From assembly GCA_037447605.1 (NCBI GenBank), contig CM074806.1, forward strand, positions 4,898,001 through 4,962,000: a stretch of 64,000 bases of DNA, read 5' to 3'. Made by a program: the position numbers and the translations under genes. The stretch is from Zygnema circumcarinatum SAG 698-1b (lineage: Eukaryota; Plantae; Zygnematophyceae). Position 1 is the first letter of the stretch. Every line of letters begins with the position of its first letter. Shown piece by piece: positions 1-12,613 of this stretch. A model generated the notes under the pieces. It was given only the letters and a program-made list of their open reading frames with translations, did not search any database and had not been told where the DNA came from.

Positions 1-75
1 TTTAGTCCACCTTCATTTGCTTTATGTGCTTTTAATTGCGTGTTATTTTGTGTTGCTGTGCTTTTTTTGTTTCAG

Positions 76-3000
76 ACTATACTGATGACATATTTCCCAT
101 TCCAAGAAATACCAGTGTCATCGTGAAGAGGGTTCCAGCCACCCGTAAGGAGAGTCTACCGCCCTCCTCGGATAAGTACGATGCTCTTGCCGCTTATCTG
201 CATTTTCACTAGGGCTGCGGCTGTGGAAACGGAACTTTAAAAGCCTAGTGTTGTTAAGTTCATTCAAATTTCTCCATGTCCTAAATCATGTGTCGAGAAG
301 CGGAAACGTTTGATGGTGTCACAGAACTGTTGCAGGCTTTTACCCCTGAATATTGTTTAAGAGATGTTTTGTTGGCATTGACGCTCAATCCCGCACTCAT
401 TCCTTACGCGCATATCTGCGGTTAGCAATTGCAGTTTGAAGTCGAAGGCGGCCAAGTCAGAGTTTAGCGATCCTCTCCAGCTTGGGAAGGAAGATGAAGC
501 ATCTGCGCAGCAGGTACACTTATCAAAATGTTTGACTATTGCCACCTTACTTACTGCAGTATACACACTTTGATTCAGACATTTAATGGATGATATGTTT
601 GCAGTTCGGAGTGCTGAACTTTTTGTATGTCATATCTTACAGGATGATTTTGGAGACATCTATTCTCTACCAGTAGAGCCATCTGTCACCTCTACTGCGG
701 ACGACGATGAGGCAGCTAAACTTGCGGCTATGGTGAAGAAGCAATCAACAGACTGGCAGAGGTAAAGACTTGTTCTTCGATCATTTATCCTATACTCTGA
801 ACAGATTGTAGTATTAGCCCTACCTGGGAACCAGAAGGTATCACACCAGCATCATTCTGCCAATTTCGCAATGAAGAGAACAGAAGCAGCTTTCGTCGCT
901 TCAGCGTTTTACTTTGCATTTTTGTTTACCGAGGATGTTTTCATGCTTTTCTGCTGAAGCTGGGTTCTGATTTTTGTCCAGGCAAACTCAAGAGGCTGGA
1001 CGTGGTTTTGGAAGAGGATCCTACGGCAGGGGCACCGCCAGAGGGGGATCAGGTACGAACTGAAGATTTCAGAGTGCAGAAGCAGAAGGCTTATGGGGTC
1101 CACTTCAATTACACTGGGCCTCTGCTCTCTCATTGAAGCTTTTTCAAGTGGAAGGGGAAAGTAGAGTAAAGAGCATATGCATTACATGTGCAGGTAACTG
1201 CGGACATTGCTTGCCCAGATGCTTATACCGTAGCAATCAGTCTGGAGAGCGTAATTGTGTCACTGTCCTCGCAAATTATGTTTTCAATGTGTTTTTACTA
1301 CTACGCATATGATAATCCAATTCAGTAGAACTTAAATCTTACTTTCGTTTTTGTTGCCTGTAGGTGGAAGGGTTCTGTTTTCTGCAAGGAACAATACCCC
1401 ACCTGTGGGTTATATCTGTCACCGTTGCGGTCAAGCAGGTAAGTGCAAGCTGCTTGCTGTTGGGGTTCTTGAAGATGGAGGCTGGTTTATTGGTGAGTGG
1501 AGGGATTGATGAGGATATCATGTCATGGTTTACGCCTGTTTTTTCAAAGTTGGGAGTACTGGTAGCTTTGTACGTAATGTTTTTCTGTTTTCCTGGGTAA
1601 TCTTTCTCTTAGCAAAGGCTGTTATTTGCTGATGGCTGGGCTATGTTTTTTAAGATTTTCAACGACCAGAGGGGTCCACAACTCCCTTTGGATGCATAGT
1701 CTGACTTGGAACTCAGCATTTCAACGAAGGATTGTGGATGTTGTTCCCGGATACTCGTTTGCTCCACTCGATGCATACAGAGGTTCTTGGCATGTTGTAA
1801 AGCTTGTTCGTTGGTCACGTGGGTTTTGCTCTTTTAATTTTCTTACCAGGTCATTACATACAGCATTGCCCCACAAATGGCGATCCAAATTATGACATTA
1901 AGAGGGTTAAACCACCATCGGGTATCCCGCGCACACGGTTGCAAGCCGATGAAGAGGGTTCATTGATCGCTCCTGATGGCCGGATCGTAAAGCTGCGGCC
2001 AGATGAGTATGTTCATGACATTTTCTCTCTGCCCAATTTTGTTCTCATTAGCGTTGTTTTGAGAAAGCCAGACTAGGCTTTTGTGGCTGTTTAAGAGAAT
2101 TTATCCATCCTGTTCTTTTTTTGCAGGGAACGCTTCGAGAAGGAGGCAGATGCCCTGCTTCATATGAGACCAACAACTGTAGAGCCCCCCCCAGAATTGC
2201 GGTGTCCTCTATGCAAGGGGATTTTTAGAGATGCTGTCCTCATTCCCTGCTGTCAAGAAACGTTTTGCGATCAATGTATGTGGTTTGTATCCCTCAAGGA
2301 ATTGTCAGGGCATTGTAGTTGCCCTTTTATATGCTCTTTGAACTGTGCATACTGTGGCAGTGCTTGGAAATCTGGTTATGGTGTGTTTTACATTTTATGG
2401 TGAAGGTTTCGATCCTTTCGAAGGATTGGAGCAATGGCATAGGTCGACGTAGTAAAAAAAACTGATGATGCACGAATCACAAAAAGCTAAGCTAAGCAAA
2501 TCCTTAGAAGTAGCTCGTGAACGCACAATCTGCAATGAATACCTAGAGCAAGTTCTGTAAAAATTGATTTGTTTCCTTTTCATCTGTGTGGGTTGAAGCA
2601 AGCTGTTGCATTTGGAAGTGGGCTATCAAGCAAAACCTGTTGTGTATAGGTTGTTGACTTCTTTACTTTGTTATCATTTTGAATGTCTTCTTTTCATGCT
2701 TCCAGGCATTAGGGATGAGCTCATCGCAAACGGGAAGTGCCCACAGTGTGGATCGTCAAGGTCCAAGAATGACGATCTCATGCCAAACAAGAATCTTCGT
2801 CAAGCAGTCGACCGTTTCAAGGAGTCCTTAGTGACCTCATCAGCTGTTGAGGAGTCTGTGGTTCGCTCCCAGCAACGAGCATATTGTACGTAGACACAAC
2901 AACTCAACACTAGGGCCATTTTCTAATGTTTTGATACTGCCTTAGAACATTAATTGATAGTATGACTGTGGAAAGTTTCCTATGCAAATCTGGGTAGTTG

Positions 3001-6000
3001 GTTACTCGGTTATCTGCAATTTAATGAACCTCGCAAAGGTCGTGGAGAAAGCTGTCATAATACTGAATTTGCGGTATGATTCTATCATGGAGTTAAGGTG
3101 TAAACCAGAATTGTTGAAAGTTACTGGAAACTGACATCCGGGTTGCATGCCAGATATCCTCACTGGACAGATGCGGATCATCGATTTGTCTTCCTTATGT
3201 GAGCCTGTGTGGTGTTTTGCAGCCCCGATTCCGGCATCCGGCTCTGTGCTGGCTGCACCGCCTGCCACGTCGGCAGACCGAGGGTCTGCTGGGAGTGGAG
3301 CCGGGGCAGTGGAACATCCAGTGCCAAACTCGCGACACGCCGCTGAAGTCGACGCGGAATCACAGGAGATTGTTAAAACTGCCACAGCAATTCAAACTTT
3401 AGCTTCTACACCATCTCAAAGTGGGCCAGTAGCAGATCAGCCAACTGTAGAAGCGAAACCTTCCACTGGAGTTTTGGAAAAGACGGGAGATGGAAGTGTC
3501 AGGATTTTGACAGAAAGTCCTGTCGTGGATGGAGAAACTGAGACTGCTGGGAAGTCAGAGGCCTCGAAAGGCGTGTCCAGGCCGTTGGCATCGCTTGAGC
3601 CACCTCCCGTGGCTGTTGGCGGCGAGCATGTAGCTATTGGGCCTGAGGCTAGCAAAGGTGTGTTCCTAGGGCAAAGGATGCAGACTTTCTGTTCAACCAA
3701 CCAAGGGTTGAGGTATCCCAGATTTAAGGGGATCTTGGTAGTTGAGGACTCGCAATATTTCAGCCTGTATGGGCGTGCCTGTTTAAGGCGCGGCACGAGG
3801 ATTACCGATGATCGCCTCATTTTGGGCCTGCCATGTTTCTTAAAGTTCATACAAGCTTCTGCTCTCCAAGCGAAGATGAAAGGAGGAAGGGGTTTATTGG
3901 TTTTTATGGAGAAGCTGAGGGGGGCTTGTTAAGGCCTAAACTCAGTGGTCTCAATAATTGTCGTGTCGTCTAAGCCATTGGTTTTTGCTTTTGGGTGTAT
4001 GACATAGTGGGGGGAGGGATCATGTGTCCTACATTAGTACTGGGGCTGTTTGGCTGCTGTTCGTTTTGGAGGCATGCAGAAGGCTTTTTATATCTCCCTT
4101 GTAGGCATGATATGTTTTCTGTGCCCGGTTGCTTTATGAGGGCTTCCCGGTCTTGCAGATATAGCAGACATATTGCAATTGTACGTTTGCATCGAGTCCT
4201 GCCCGAACTCATTTTCTTATGCTCTGCGGTTTGGCTGTTTTGCGATGTGAACTAGCTGCAAGTTGCTTGCATTTGTTGCCAAATTCATCTTGTGGCCTGC
4301 GTGTTTATCGCAAAGCCCTCGCATGGCTTGCGCGCTTCTGGCACCTCTCATGGTGCGGCATGTTCGGCTAACTTTGTTGCTTTGAGGGTGGTTGACCGCA
4401 ATAAATCTCAGGAAGCAAGTCAAAGAAGAAAAAGAAGCGAGCTCCTCCTGCTGGTATGATCTTCGAAGCTCTTCCAAAGGGCAAAATATCTACATGAAGA
4501 TGTGCAGAAGCGAGTGGATATGTGTTTGTTAGAATACTCAAGCACGGTTGTTTATATTTTTTGGCTCGCAGACATGGGATTGGAACCTCCTGCTTGTATG
4601 TACGGAAAGGTAAGAATGAACTTAATATTTGGAGTTGCTCTCCGGGCTGGAATTCACTGAGTTAAGTTGTATAGTCTGGAGTTTGCTACAGTTTATGCAG
4701 AGCATGTGGTGTGCATTGCGTCCCAATTTCACATTTCAGACACAGATATCAAACCTGGCATGGCAGAGAAAGCATTCTTCACATTCAGGTTGAGATGGTC
4801 GAACTAGGGGCTTAGTAGAGTGCACGGATAGCGAGCTGGATTGGATTGCAGTAAACCAATGTACCTTCAGTGTCCATTTCTTCGAATTGGAGGCTTCGTA
4901 TGATCGGTGTTGGTGTAACGATGATCCTCCAAGTAAAATATTTGTTCTTTCCAGCACTTCTCAGAATGGTGCTGCCGATTGCTGATGGCTGGTCTAGGTG
5001 GAGCCTTGTCCAAATTGTGGATCCTTTGAGCATCCTCCATGGGAGTGCCCGGAACAGATGATGGGAATGGGAGCGGAGGCGATGGCTTACTCCGCACCTT
5101 ATCCGGGAATGTTTGGATCCGGCCCACCAAACATGCGTGAGAATCATGCTCACTTAAATTGTTCTGATGAAATTGGCAATGAGCTTTGGCTGTTGTATTT
5201 CCAGCTCATTCTGAGCTTGGAGTAATCTCAAAGAGAGGTTTTCGCCGAGCTGTATTACTTTCGACCTTCTTCCAGGACTGGGTGCAGCCGAGCTGTGCGA
5301 GTATCCTGACAAGTCAATAAGTCAGGAGTCACTTCTTTTTTTCTGTTGCAGGTATGGGTGGGCCCGGTGCTCAGCCAATGGTGCCTCCGTACAGTCTTGG
5401 AGCCGGCTATTGGGGCCCTTCCATGGCCCACATGCCGCACTATCCCGGCTCATTTCCCGGTGCCGGCATGTACGAGGCAGGCCCGGCTGGCATGATGTAT
5501 GAAGCGCCCATGATGCGCGGCGGAGGAATGTATGGTCCGTCCATGCATAGACCTCCTTTCCCTCCCGTATACCATGGCGGCCCTCCTTTGCATAGGTCAG
5601 TGAGCTTGAAAAAATAGCCCTCCAGACCTGGGGGCTCGTTCCTAAACAGTGCAACGTGCATCCTGTCCGCTCGTTTCTTTAGAAATTAGAAATTAGGGCT
5701 AGAATTTTATTTATAGGTAACTTGTCTGTGGCTTTAAGTTGTGTTGACCACACACATTGGCCAATTGCATTTGTTGCTGGCATTGGCAGTGACTACATGC
5801 CTGTTGACATGATGGGCCACGACCAAAGGACGCGGGAGCCTCGCCTGCCCACCAGAGAGGAGTTCGAGGAAATGCAGCTTGTTGCTCGCAGGCGGAAAGA
5901 ACTCGCAGAACAACGAGAGAGACGGAAATTACGTTTTCAGCAAACCGATTATCATGAGTATGACCCACTTTACCATTATGCTTATGCTTTGCTTAGCTTA

Positions 6001-7369
6001 TGCTTTCCAGCTTATTGTTTTTCATTGACAACGAATGTTCTCCGTTGATGTCTTTTATGATGTCCCTTTTTGACAGCGGGTCTGTTGCTAGTGCCCTTGA
6101 AGGATGTCCATTCAGGCTCTTGTGTTGGTCCCGTTCCCTTCCAGGGCGCAATGCCAGCCTCTGCGGGTGTGAAGGCGTATGCATTTGACGGCAGATTGTG
6201 GTCGTGTGTGCAGCGGATATGAGCAGCCAGAAGTTCAAGATGGGGAGCAACTGCCCGAACCAGACGACTCCTATGGGGTAACTCCCATGTCTCCTCAGTT
6301 CGTGAATGAGGTTGTGGTGAATTGGCCTGTGGACGATATTGTTAGCTTTACATAACGTGATCGTGACTTGCACCGGATATCCAGTTTATACCTTTTACTC
6401 GTTGTCGATTGGGTTTTACTTTTCTTAAATCCCTCAGAGAGCAAAAGTCACATGACTGACCTCTTTTCACGATTCCGTTTGCAGTGGGGTCGATCTCAGA
6501 GGGATGCTCGGAAGAATCCTCCCCACAGGAGTAGGGAACATCCGCCCAGTGGTCACGGCGAAGAGTTGACACATCGCGTTGGTTCAAAACGCAGTAGACG
6601 ACAAGAGGAGGGGCCTCCCCTGGACTCTGCACATGGTGATGTCGGACAGGAATTTCGCGAAAAGTCAACTGGCAGAGATGGCCGTCACAGTAAGCGCCCT
6701 CGCTCAGAAGCAGCACGAGGCAAGCATGCAGATGGTGACGAGATGGAGCATTACGACAAGGAACAAGTGTCAGAAGTTGCTGCCAGCAGTGCCCCGAGGT
6801 CTCATGGTGAAAGGACCCGCAGGATAGTCTCCGATGACAACGTGCGCACGGGAAAATCGGAACGCATCAAAGGCAGCACATATGACGAGGGGGACGAACC
6901 GGAAGAAGATCTGTGGCCTCGTAGTGAGCGGTCGAGAGCAAGGAAGCCTGCTGGGAGGGATATCAGTAGACAGTCGTCATTGAAGTATGAGGGGGATGGC
7001 GATGCCACAAACGGGCGGAAAGGGCGGAAAAGCGATCGAACACACGCGGACAGGGTTGAGGGAGAACATGTGGAGGCTGGAGGCAGGTCTGGAGAGGAAG
7101 CGTTGGAAGGGAGAAGCGTTCAAGGAAAGAAGAGAGGAAAGGCTCGAGTAGAGTATGCATCGGATGAAGACGGTTCGCCCCGAGCAAAAAAGCGACACAA
7201 GAAGCACAGGGACACGTCCAAGGACGAGCCGCCGAAGGGCGCAGAGGGGAAAGCGAAGGTGAAGAAGCCCAAGAAGAAGGATGCGGAGGACATGGACGGC
7301 GACGCGCGGTGGCCCATGGTATTTGAAGCGGAGGGGGTGGAGTTGGCCCGACCCACCAAGCGCAAGTAG
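76..7369 (+). CDS. RBBP6: RBBP6/Mpe1-like DWNN-zinc knuckle-RING E3 ligase, multi-exon, 5' end upstream of the window
   Basis: Exon 76-175 encodes YTDDIFPIPRNTSVIVKRVP (end of DWNN). Exons 1389-1438 and 1850-2006 encode PPVGYICHRCGQAG|HYIQHCPTNGDPNYD (CCHC knuckle). Exons 2127-2275 and from 2706 encode PPELRCPLCKGIFRDAVLIPCCQETFCDQC|IRDELIANGKCPQCG (RING). A Gly/Pro/Met-rich middle is followed by an R/K/E-rich last exon ending TAG at 7369. Confidence 0.93.
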
Positions 7370-8918
7370 GCTTAGAGACTCGGTTGTCAAAACCACTCAT
7401 CTCGTAGTTGGAGCTTTGTCAGGACAGCTGTCGCTCAATGATTATTCTGGAAGTGCGCCGAGGGTGCTGAAAGTTGCATCCCCTCTTGGACTCTGTTCAT
7501 TCTGATTTCATGTTGTGATGCGTTTTTTTAGCGGCGGCCCGTTGCCGTCGTCTGCAAATTACTGAAGAGAGGACGGCTGTGGGCAGATGGATTGTTTCGT
7601 ACAATGGTCTAACCTGTGTAAGACTGCATAACCGCTGCCGGCCCACAAGCCGCTGATTGAGTGAGCCTGCATGCGAGGCATATTGTAGACATGTCAGACA
7701 TGACAAACGCGTTTCCGATCGTGTATTGATTACATTAATTTGAGGAAGTTTAAAAAATATGTAACGTCATTCTGGGCATGCTTGTCGATTATATTGACGG
7801 TGTGCAGCCTTCAAGACGTTCTCGGGAATGGCACATACAAACTGATATTGATGTTTGATTGACGTTGAACTTTGATGTGTCGTGAAGTGTTCTGCTTTTT
7901 TAGTCTAAGTTTGGTATGTTTGAAGTCATAACGTTGCTTTGAAATTAAAAATGAGATTGTTATCTCCATGTCTCACTCCATCTCTCACCCGTCTTACTCT
8001 CGCCCTCTCCTCCCGTTTCCCAGTCCTCTCACATCCCTTGTCTTCCTGCCCTCTCTCAAAGAAGCACAACACATCAAGAAGGAAAAAATAGCGCGTTTGA
8101 TTTTGAAATGCTTCATAGTAGTATGAGTAGCACTCAGTTATTCGGCACATTCGGGGCAAAAAATCCAATATTTCGACACAGATCATAACAGTTAAAAGGA
8201 AATGATGTGGCATTGATCTCACGATGGCGTGGCCATCAAATGTACGTGTGCAAAATCATCATGGGGAACCACGAGGAACTGGTCGCAAAGGACCTAAAAA
8301 AAAAAAACAGACTTGTCCTCGTTGAGGATGACGCTGCTAAACTACCATCTTACTGAAATGCTGGTCTAGTCAGCCAGTTCCATGTTCCGTTACACTCTTG
8401 AACTGCACTTTGAAACTGAGTAGTAGCGATGGATGGATACTGCAAACATAATAATGTTGCAGCAAAGAAATCGCACTCAGTGTCGAAAAGCTATACTGGA
8501 ACTGAAACTGCAACTGAAGCTGACGTAGACACCGAATAAACAACGAACCTTGACTCAACCACTGCATCAAGTTTCATCAAAGCATCAAAGTTCATGCGCC
8601 TTGAGTAAAGCTGTGTTTTTATTGCCTATTTGTTGCGCTAATGCCACATCGGATGAAGTGGTTTCACCGGAGTCGTCTTCAGCGGTTTCGGGGCAAGTCG
8701 CTCGCGCAAAATAGCTGAGCCAGCTGTCCCTTCTCTCCAGCGATGGCAAAATCGCCCTCACCTCCTCACTCGCGCCACTCTCTCCCACTCGCTCCTCGCC
8801 CTTTGCTATCTTCCCAGTCTCCATTTTCGCCGTACGATTGTCAGCGAGCATCACAGTCCTCGGAACAATCGCCCTCCTCCCCCATCTCTCTCGCACTTCC
8901 TGTTGCTTCATTTTCTCT

Positions 8919-11900
8919 CTACGCTTTCGTCTCCTCTCCCTCCCCCTCGCTGTTGCAGTGGCGGGCTCTCTTTCTGCTTCCCAACCTCTCTTCGGGCAGT
9001 GCCCTTTCCTTGCCCATGGCCTCTCTCCCTAAGAGTTTCACCCTCTTCCTCGACAGCACATTTCCTCCCTTCATCTCCCTCGCTTCCTCTCTCGAACTCG
9101 CTCTCGCTGCGGGAGAGGGGGAGCATGGAGGAGCGCGAGTGGTCTCAGTGTCGCTCTCGGAATCAGACGAGCGCACTCCAATGTGAGTTCCTGCAGAACG
9201 CCGTCTCACCTGCCGGCCCGGTGCCGCCTCCTCTCCCCTCGTCCCTCCGCTTTCCTCCTCTTCCGTACACTCCTCCCCCTTTCGCTTCCTCCTCACTCCT
9301 GCAGCCTCTTCTCCCTCCTCACTCTTTTGTCCGATTTTTTCTAAAATCTCATCCTCGCTTTTCCCTCCAAGCCCCACCTTCCTCTCTCCTTCTTCCGAAT
9401 CCAAGGCTTCTCCAATTTTCAATATTTTCGCCCCTAAGCCCCCTTCCAAGCAGCCATCCTCATGTGGCCTATTCCTCTTCCTCACTAATGCTGGCGTGAG
9501 GTCTCCTCCTCCCACTTCCTTCTCCTCCTCTTTCCTCCCTTCTCTACCCTTCCCACTCTCTCCCTCCATTCCCACCGGAGGAGCGATCCACCTGTGCTGC
9601 AAAATTTGTGCCAAAGTCGGCCTTTTCGACTTCTCCGAAAGCAATTTCCGGACAAGGTCCTTTGCAGCCGAGGAGACACCCCCCCATGCCGGCTCCTCAA
9701 ATCGTAAGTTTCCCGCCTTTGATGCTTCGACTATCTCCTCTACCTTCGCTCCAACGAAGGGGTAGTCTTCCCCCAACATGCGATAGAGAATAACTCCCAG
9801 GGACCATACATCTGCGGACTTGTCATACATCTCCCCCTTCACCATTTCCGGTGCCGTGGAGACCGAAGTATTAGAAAACCTCCCTCGCAACATCTGCCCT
9901 TCTTCAAGCTTCACCGCCAACCCAAAATCAGCGATCTTCACAGTCATGGTGTCCGCATCCTCCACGCCCTTTTCCTTTACGAGAATGTTTGGAAGCCTGA
10001 GGTCCCTATGCATGATGTTCTGGGCGTGAATCGCCGCCACACCTCTGCAGATTTGCTCAAAGACGCTCCTAACCTTCTCCTCTGGGAATTGCAGCTTTCC
10101 GTGCACGTGTTCAAGGAGAGAACCGCCCTCGCAGAGCTCCATAATGTAATACAAGTAATGGTGGTCCTGGAAGACGCCCTTCGCCTCCACGATGTTGGGG
10201 TGGCCCTTCATCGCCGCCATGGCTTCCCACTCCATGAGGAGTCTGCGAGATTCCGCCTCGTGCTGGAAGGTTGGGAGCGTTTGGAAGCGCTTGGGCACGC
10301 CTTTGCAGGCGACGCGCTCCGCCGTCCGCCGGTCCTCGCAGGCGACCACCGCTCCGTATGTGCCGCGGCCCAACACAGGCCCGCACTCGAACCGGCTGCA
10401 GAGGTCGATGTGCTCCAACTCAGGAATGTGAAAATAAGAGGAATTGTCCTGCTCCTCGTCCTGAGCTCGTACCGGCTTATTGTCGTCTCCCCCTTCCACT
10501 CCCTCATCCCCTCTCTCTTCGTCATCCACTCGCTCTTTCGTACACTCCTCCCCCTTTCGCTTCCTCCTCACTCCTGCAGCCTCTTCTCCCTCCTCACTCT
10601 TTTGTCCGATTTTTTCTAAAATCTCCTCCTCGCTTTTCCCTCCAAGCCCCACCTTCCTCTCTCCTTCTTCCGAATCCAAGGCTTCTCCAATTTTCAATCT
10701 TTTCGCCCCTAAGCCCCCTTCCAACCAGCCATCCTCATCGGGCCGCTTCCGCTTCCTCGTGAGGTCTCCTCCTCCCACTTCCTTCTCCTCTTTCCTCCCT
10801 TCTCTACCCTTCCCACTCTCTCCCTCCATTCCCACCGGAGGAGCGATCCACCTGTGCTGCAAAATTTGTGCCAAAGTCGGCCTTTTCGACTTCTCCGAAA
10901 GCAATTTCCGGACAAGGTCCTTTCCAGCTGAGGAGACACCCCCCCATGCGGGCTCCTCAAATCGTAAGTTATCCGCCTTTGATGTTTTGAGTATCTCCTC
11001 TTCCGTCGCTCCAACGAAGGGGTAGTCTTCCCCCAACATGCGATAGAGAATAACTCCCAGGGACCATACATCTGCGGACTTGTCATACATCCCCCCCTTC
11101 ACCATTTCCGGTGCCAAGTAGACCGAAGTTCCCAAAAACCTCTCTCGCAACATCTGCCCTTCTTCAAACTTCACCGCCGACCCAAAATCAGCGATCTTCA
11201 CAGTCATGGTGTCCGCATCCTCCACGCCCTTTTCCTTCACGAGAATGTTTGAAAGCTTCAGGTCCCTATGCATGATGTTCTGGGCGTGCATCGCCGCCAC
11301 ACCTCTGCAGATTTGCTCAAAGACGATCCTAACCTTCTCCTCTGGGAATTGCAGCTTTCTCCTCACGTGCTGAAGGAGAGAACCGCCCTCGCAGAGCTCC
11401 ATAATGTAATACACGTAATGGTGATCCTGGAAGACGCCCTTCGCCTCCACGATGTTGGGGTGGCCCTTCATCGCCGCCATGGCCTCCCACTCCATGAGGT
11501 GACCGCGAGATTCCGCCTCGTGCTGGAAGGTTGGGAGCGTTTGGGAGCGCTTGGGCACGCCTTTGCAGGCGACGCGCTCCGCCGTCCGCCGGTCCTCGCA
11601 GGCGACCACCGCTCCGTATGTGCCGCGGCCCAACACAGGCCCGCACTCGAACCGGCTGCAGAGGTCGATGTGCTCCAACTCAGGAATGTGAAAATAAGAG
11701 GAATTGCCCTGCTCCTCGTCCTGAGCTCGTACCGGCTTATGGTCGTCTCCCCCTTCCACTCCCTCATCCCCTCTCTCTTCATCATCCCCTCGCTCTTCCT
11801 TTCCCACCTCCCCCTTCTCCCCTACCTCTCCCAACCCCTCTCCAGCTCCCTTCCCCGTCCAGGCCACCCATTCCGAGAAGGAGAGGGCGGAGTGCCAGCT

Positions 11901-11981
11901 GTTACGCAGAACCCATTCAGAAAAGGCCAGGTCCCTGTGCGCCACCTCTTCTGTTGCGCCCGCAGACATGGCGCCGCCCAT
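8919..11981 (-). CDS. Intronless Ser/Thr kinase (CAMK/CDPK-like, no EF-hands) with two tandem kinase domains
   Basis: One uninterrupted ORF (track 8919-11990 opens on GTG; first ATG at 11981). Each domain has LGRGTYGAV, VACK, HRDL, DFG, APE and DVWSLGVILY motifs, followed by an acidic/basic tail containing KRKR. Confidence 0.9.
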   Translation of the reverse strand: MGGAMSAGATEEVAHRDLAFSEWVLRNSWHSALSFSEWVAWTGKGAGEGLGEVGEKGEVGKEERGDDEERGDEGVEGGDDHKPVRAQDEEQGNSSYFHIPELEHIDLCSRFECGPVLGRGTYGAVVACEDRRTAERVACKGVPKRSQTLPTFQHEAESRGHLMEWEAMAAMKGHPNIVEAKGVFQDHHYVYYIMELCEGGSLLQHVRRKLQFPEEKVRIVFEQICRGVAAMHAQNIMHRDLKLSNILVKEKGVEDADTMTVKIADFGSAVKFEEGQMLRERFLGTSVYLAPEMVKGGMYDKSADVWSLGVILYRMLGEDYPFVGATEEEILKTSKADNLRFEEPAWGGVSSAGKDLVRKLLSEKSKRPTLAQILQHRWIAPPVGMEGESGKGREGRKEEKEVGGGDLTRKRKRPDEDGWLEGGLGAKRLKIGEALDSEEGERKVGLGGKSEEEILEKIGQKSEEGEEAAGVRRKRKGEECTKERVDDEERGDEGVEGGDDNKPVRAQDEEQDNSSYFHIPELEHIDLCSRFECGPVLGRGTYGAVVACEDRRTAERVACKGVPKRFQTLPTFQHEAESRRLLMEWEAMAAMKGHPNIVEAKGVFQDHHYLYYIMELCEGGSLLEHVHGKLQFPEEKVRSVFEQICRGVAAIHAQNIMHRDLRLPNILVKEKGVEDADTMTVKIADFGLAVKLEEGQMLRGRFSNTSVSTAPEMVKGEMYDKSADVWSLGVILYRMLGEDYPFVGAKVEEIVEASKAGNLRFEEPAWGGVSSAAKDLVRKLLSEKSKRPTLAQILQHRWIAPPVGMEGESGKGREGRKEEEKEVGGGDLTPALVRKRNRPHEDGCLEGGLGAKILKIGEALDSEEGERKVGLGGKSEDEILEKIGQKSEEGEEAAGVRRKRKGEECTEEEESGGTRGEEAAPGRQVRRRSAGTHIGVRSSDSESDTETTRAPPCSPSPAARASSREEAREMKGGNVLSRKRVKLLGREAMGKERALPEERLGSRKRARHCNSEGEGEETKA
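9264..11783. repeat. Tandem segmental duplication, period about 1260 bp, inside the kinase ORF
   Basis: aaaatttgtgccaaagtcgg occurs at 9601 and 10861; ccctcatcccctctctcttc occurs at 10501 and 11761. The lines between are near-identical. Confidence 0.97.
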
Positions 11982-12613
11982 GGCGGCCACTCTCCGCTCA
12001 GCTCGGCCACCTCCCTGAGCTCAAATGCCACACTCTCACGCTCTCACACTCTCCACCACTCTCTGATGATCACACTGTCTCTCTCACTATGATGATATTA
12101 TGCGTGTTCCTCTCACGTTATCTTAGTTGCAGCTCTCTCTCTCTGCCCACTGCCTGTCTCTCCCTCGCTCCCTCTCTCCCTCTCAGCGCCTCCTGAGGCG
12201 CGAAGAGTGAGGACTGGCGTCCGCCTGTAGGGAGGTGCGGAGGCCTCGCGCCGCGTGGTCCATCGGACGGCGGAGATCGCCCTGCCAGATCTGTCGGTGG
12301 AAATTTGCGCTTTCCTTGCCACTTGGCATGCGTTCTCCGCGGACCTCGGAGCGCCGCAGAATGAGTACTTCGCGAAATCCGAACGCCGAGGCGGTACTCC
12401 GCCGAGGGCGGTTGGTGAGTCGCACGCTACGTCAGCCGATAAGGCCACGTGGCCGCCTCTCAGGGCTTCCCGCCGGGCCGGGGCTTCACCCGCGTTGGCT
12501 TTCGTACTGATCTTGTCCCAGCCGTACGGACTTAGTGCCACGTCAGAACATTGGAGGATCGCCTTTGCCTTTGCCTTTGCCTTTTTTTTTTTTTTTCGAA
12601 TCCCAGGGCCAGG

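Noticed and set aside
8296-8307. A-run as the poly(A) relic of a kinase retrogene
   Set aside because: The run is A on the plus strand, i.e. T on the kinase sense strand, so it has the wrong orientation; no flanking target-site duplication was found.
8585-8911. 108-aa ORF directly after the kinase stop
   Set aside because: Low-complexity purine-rich sequence continuing the kinase tail composition; no domain and no independent promoter signature.
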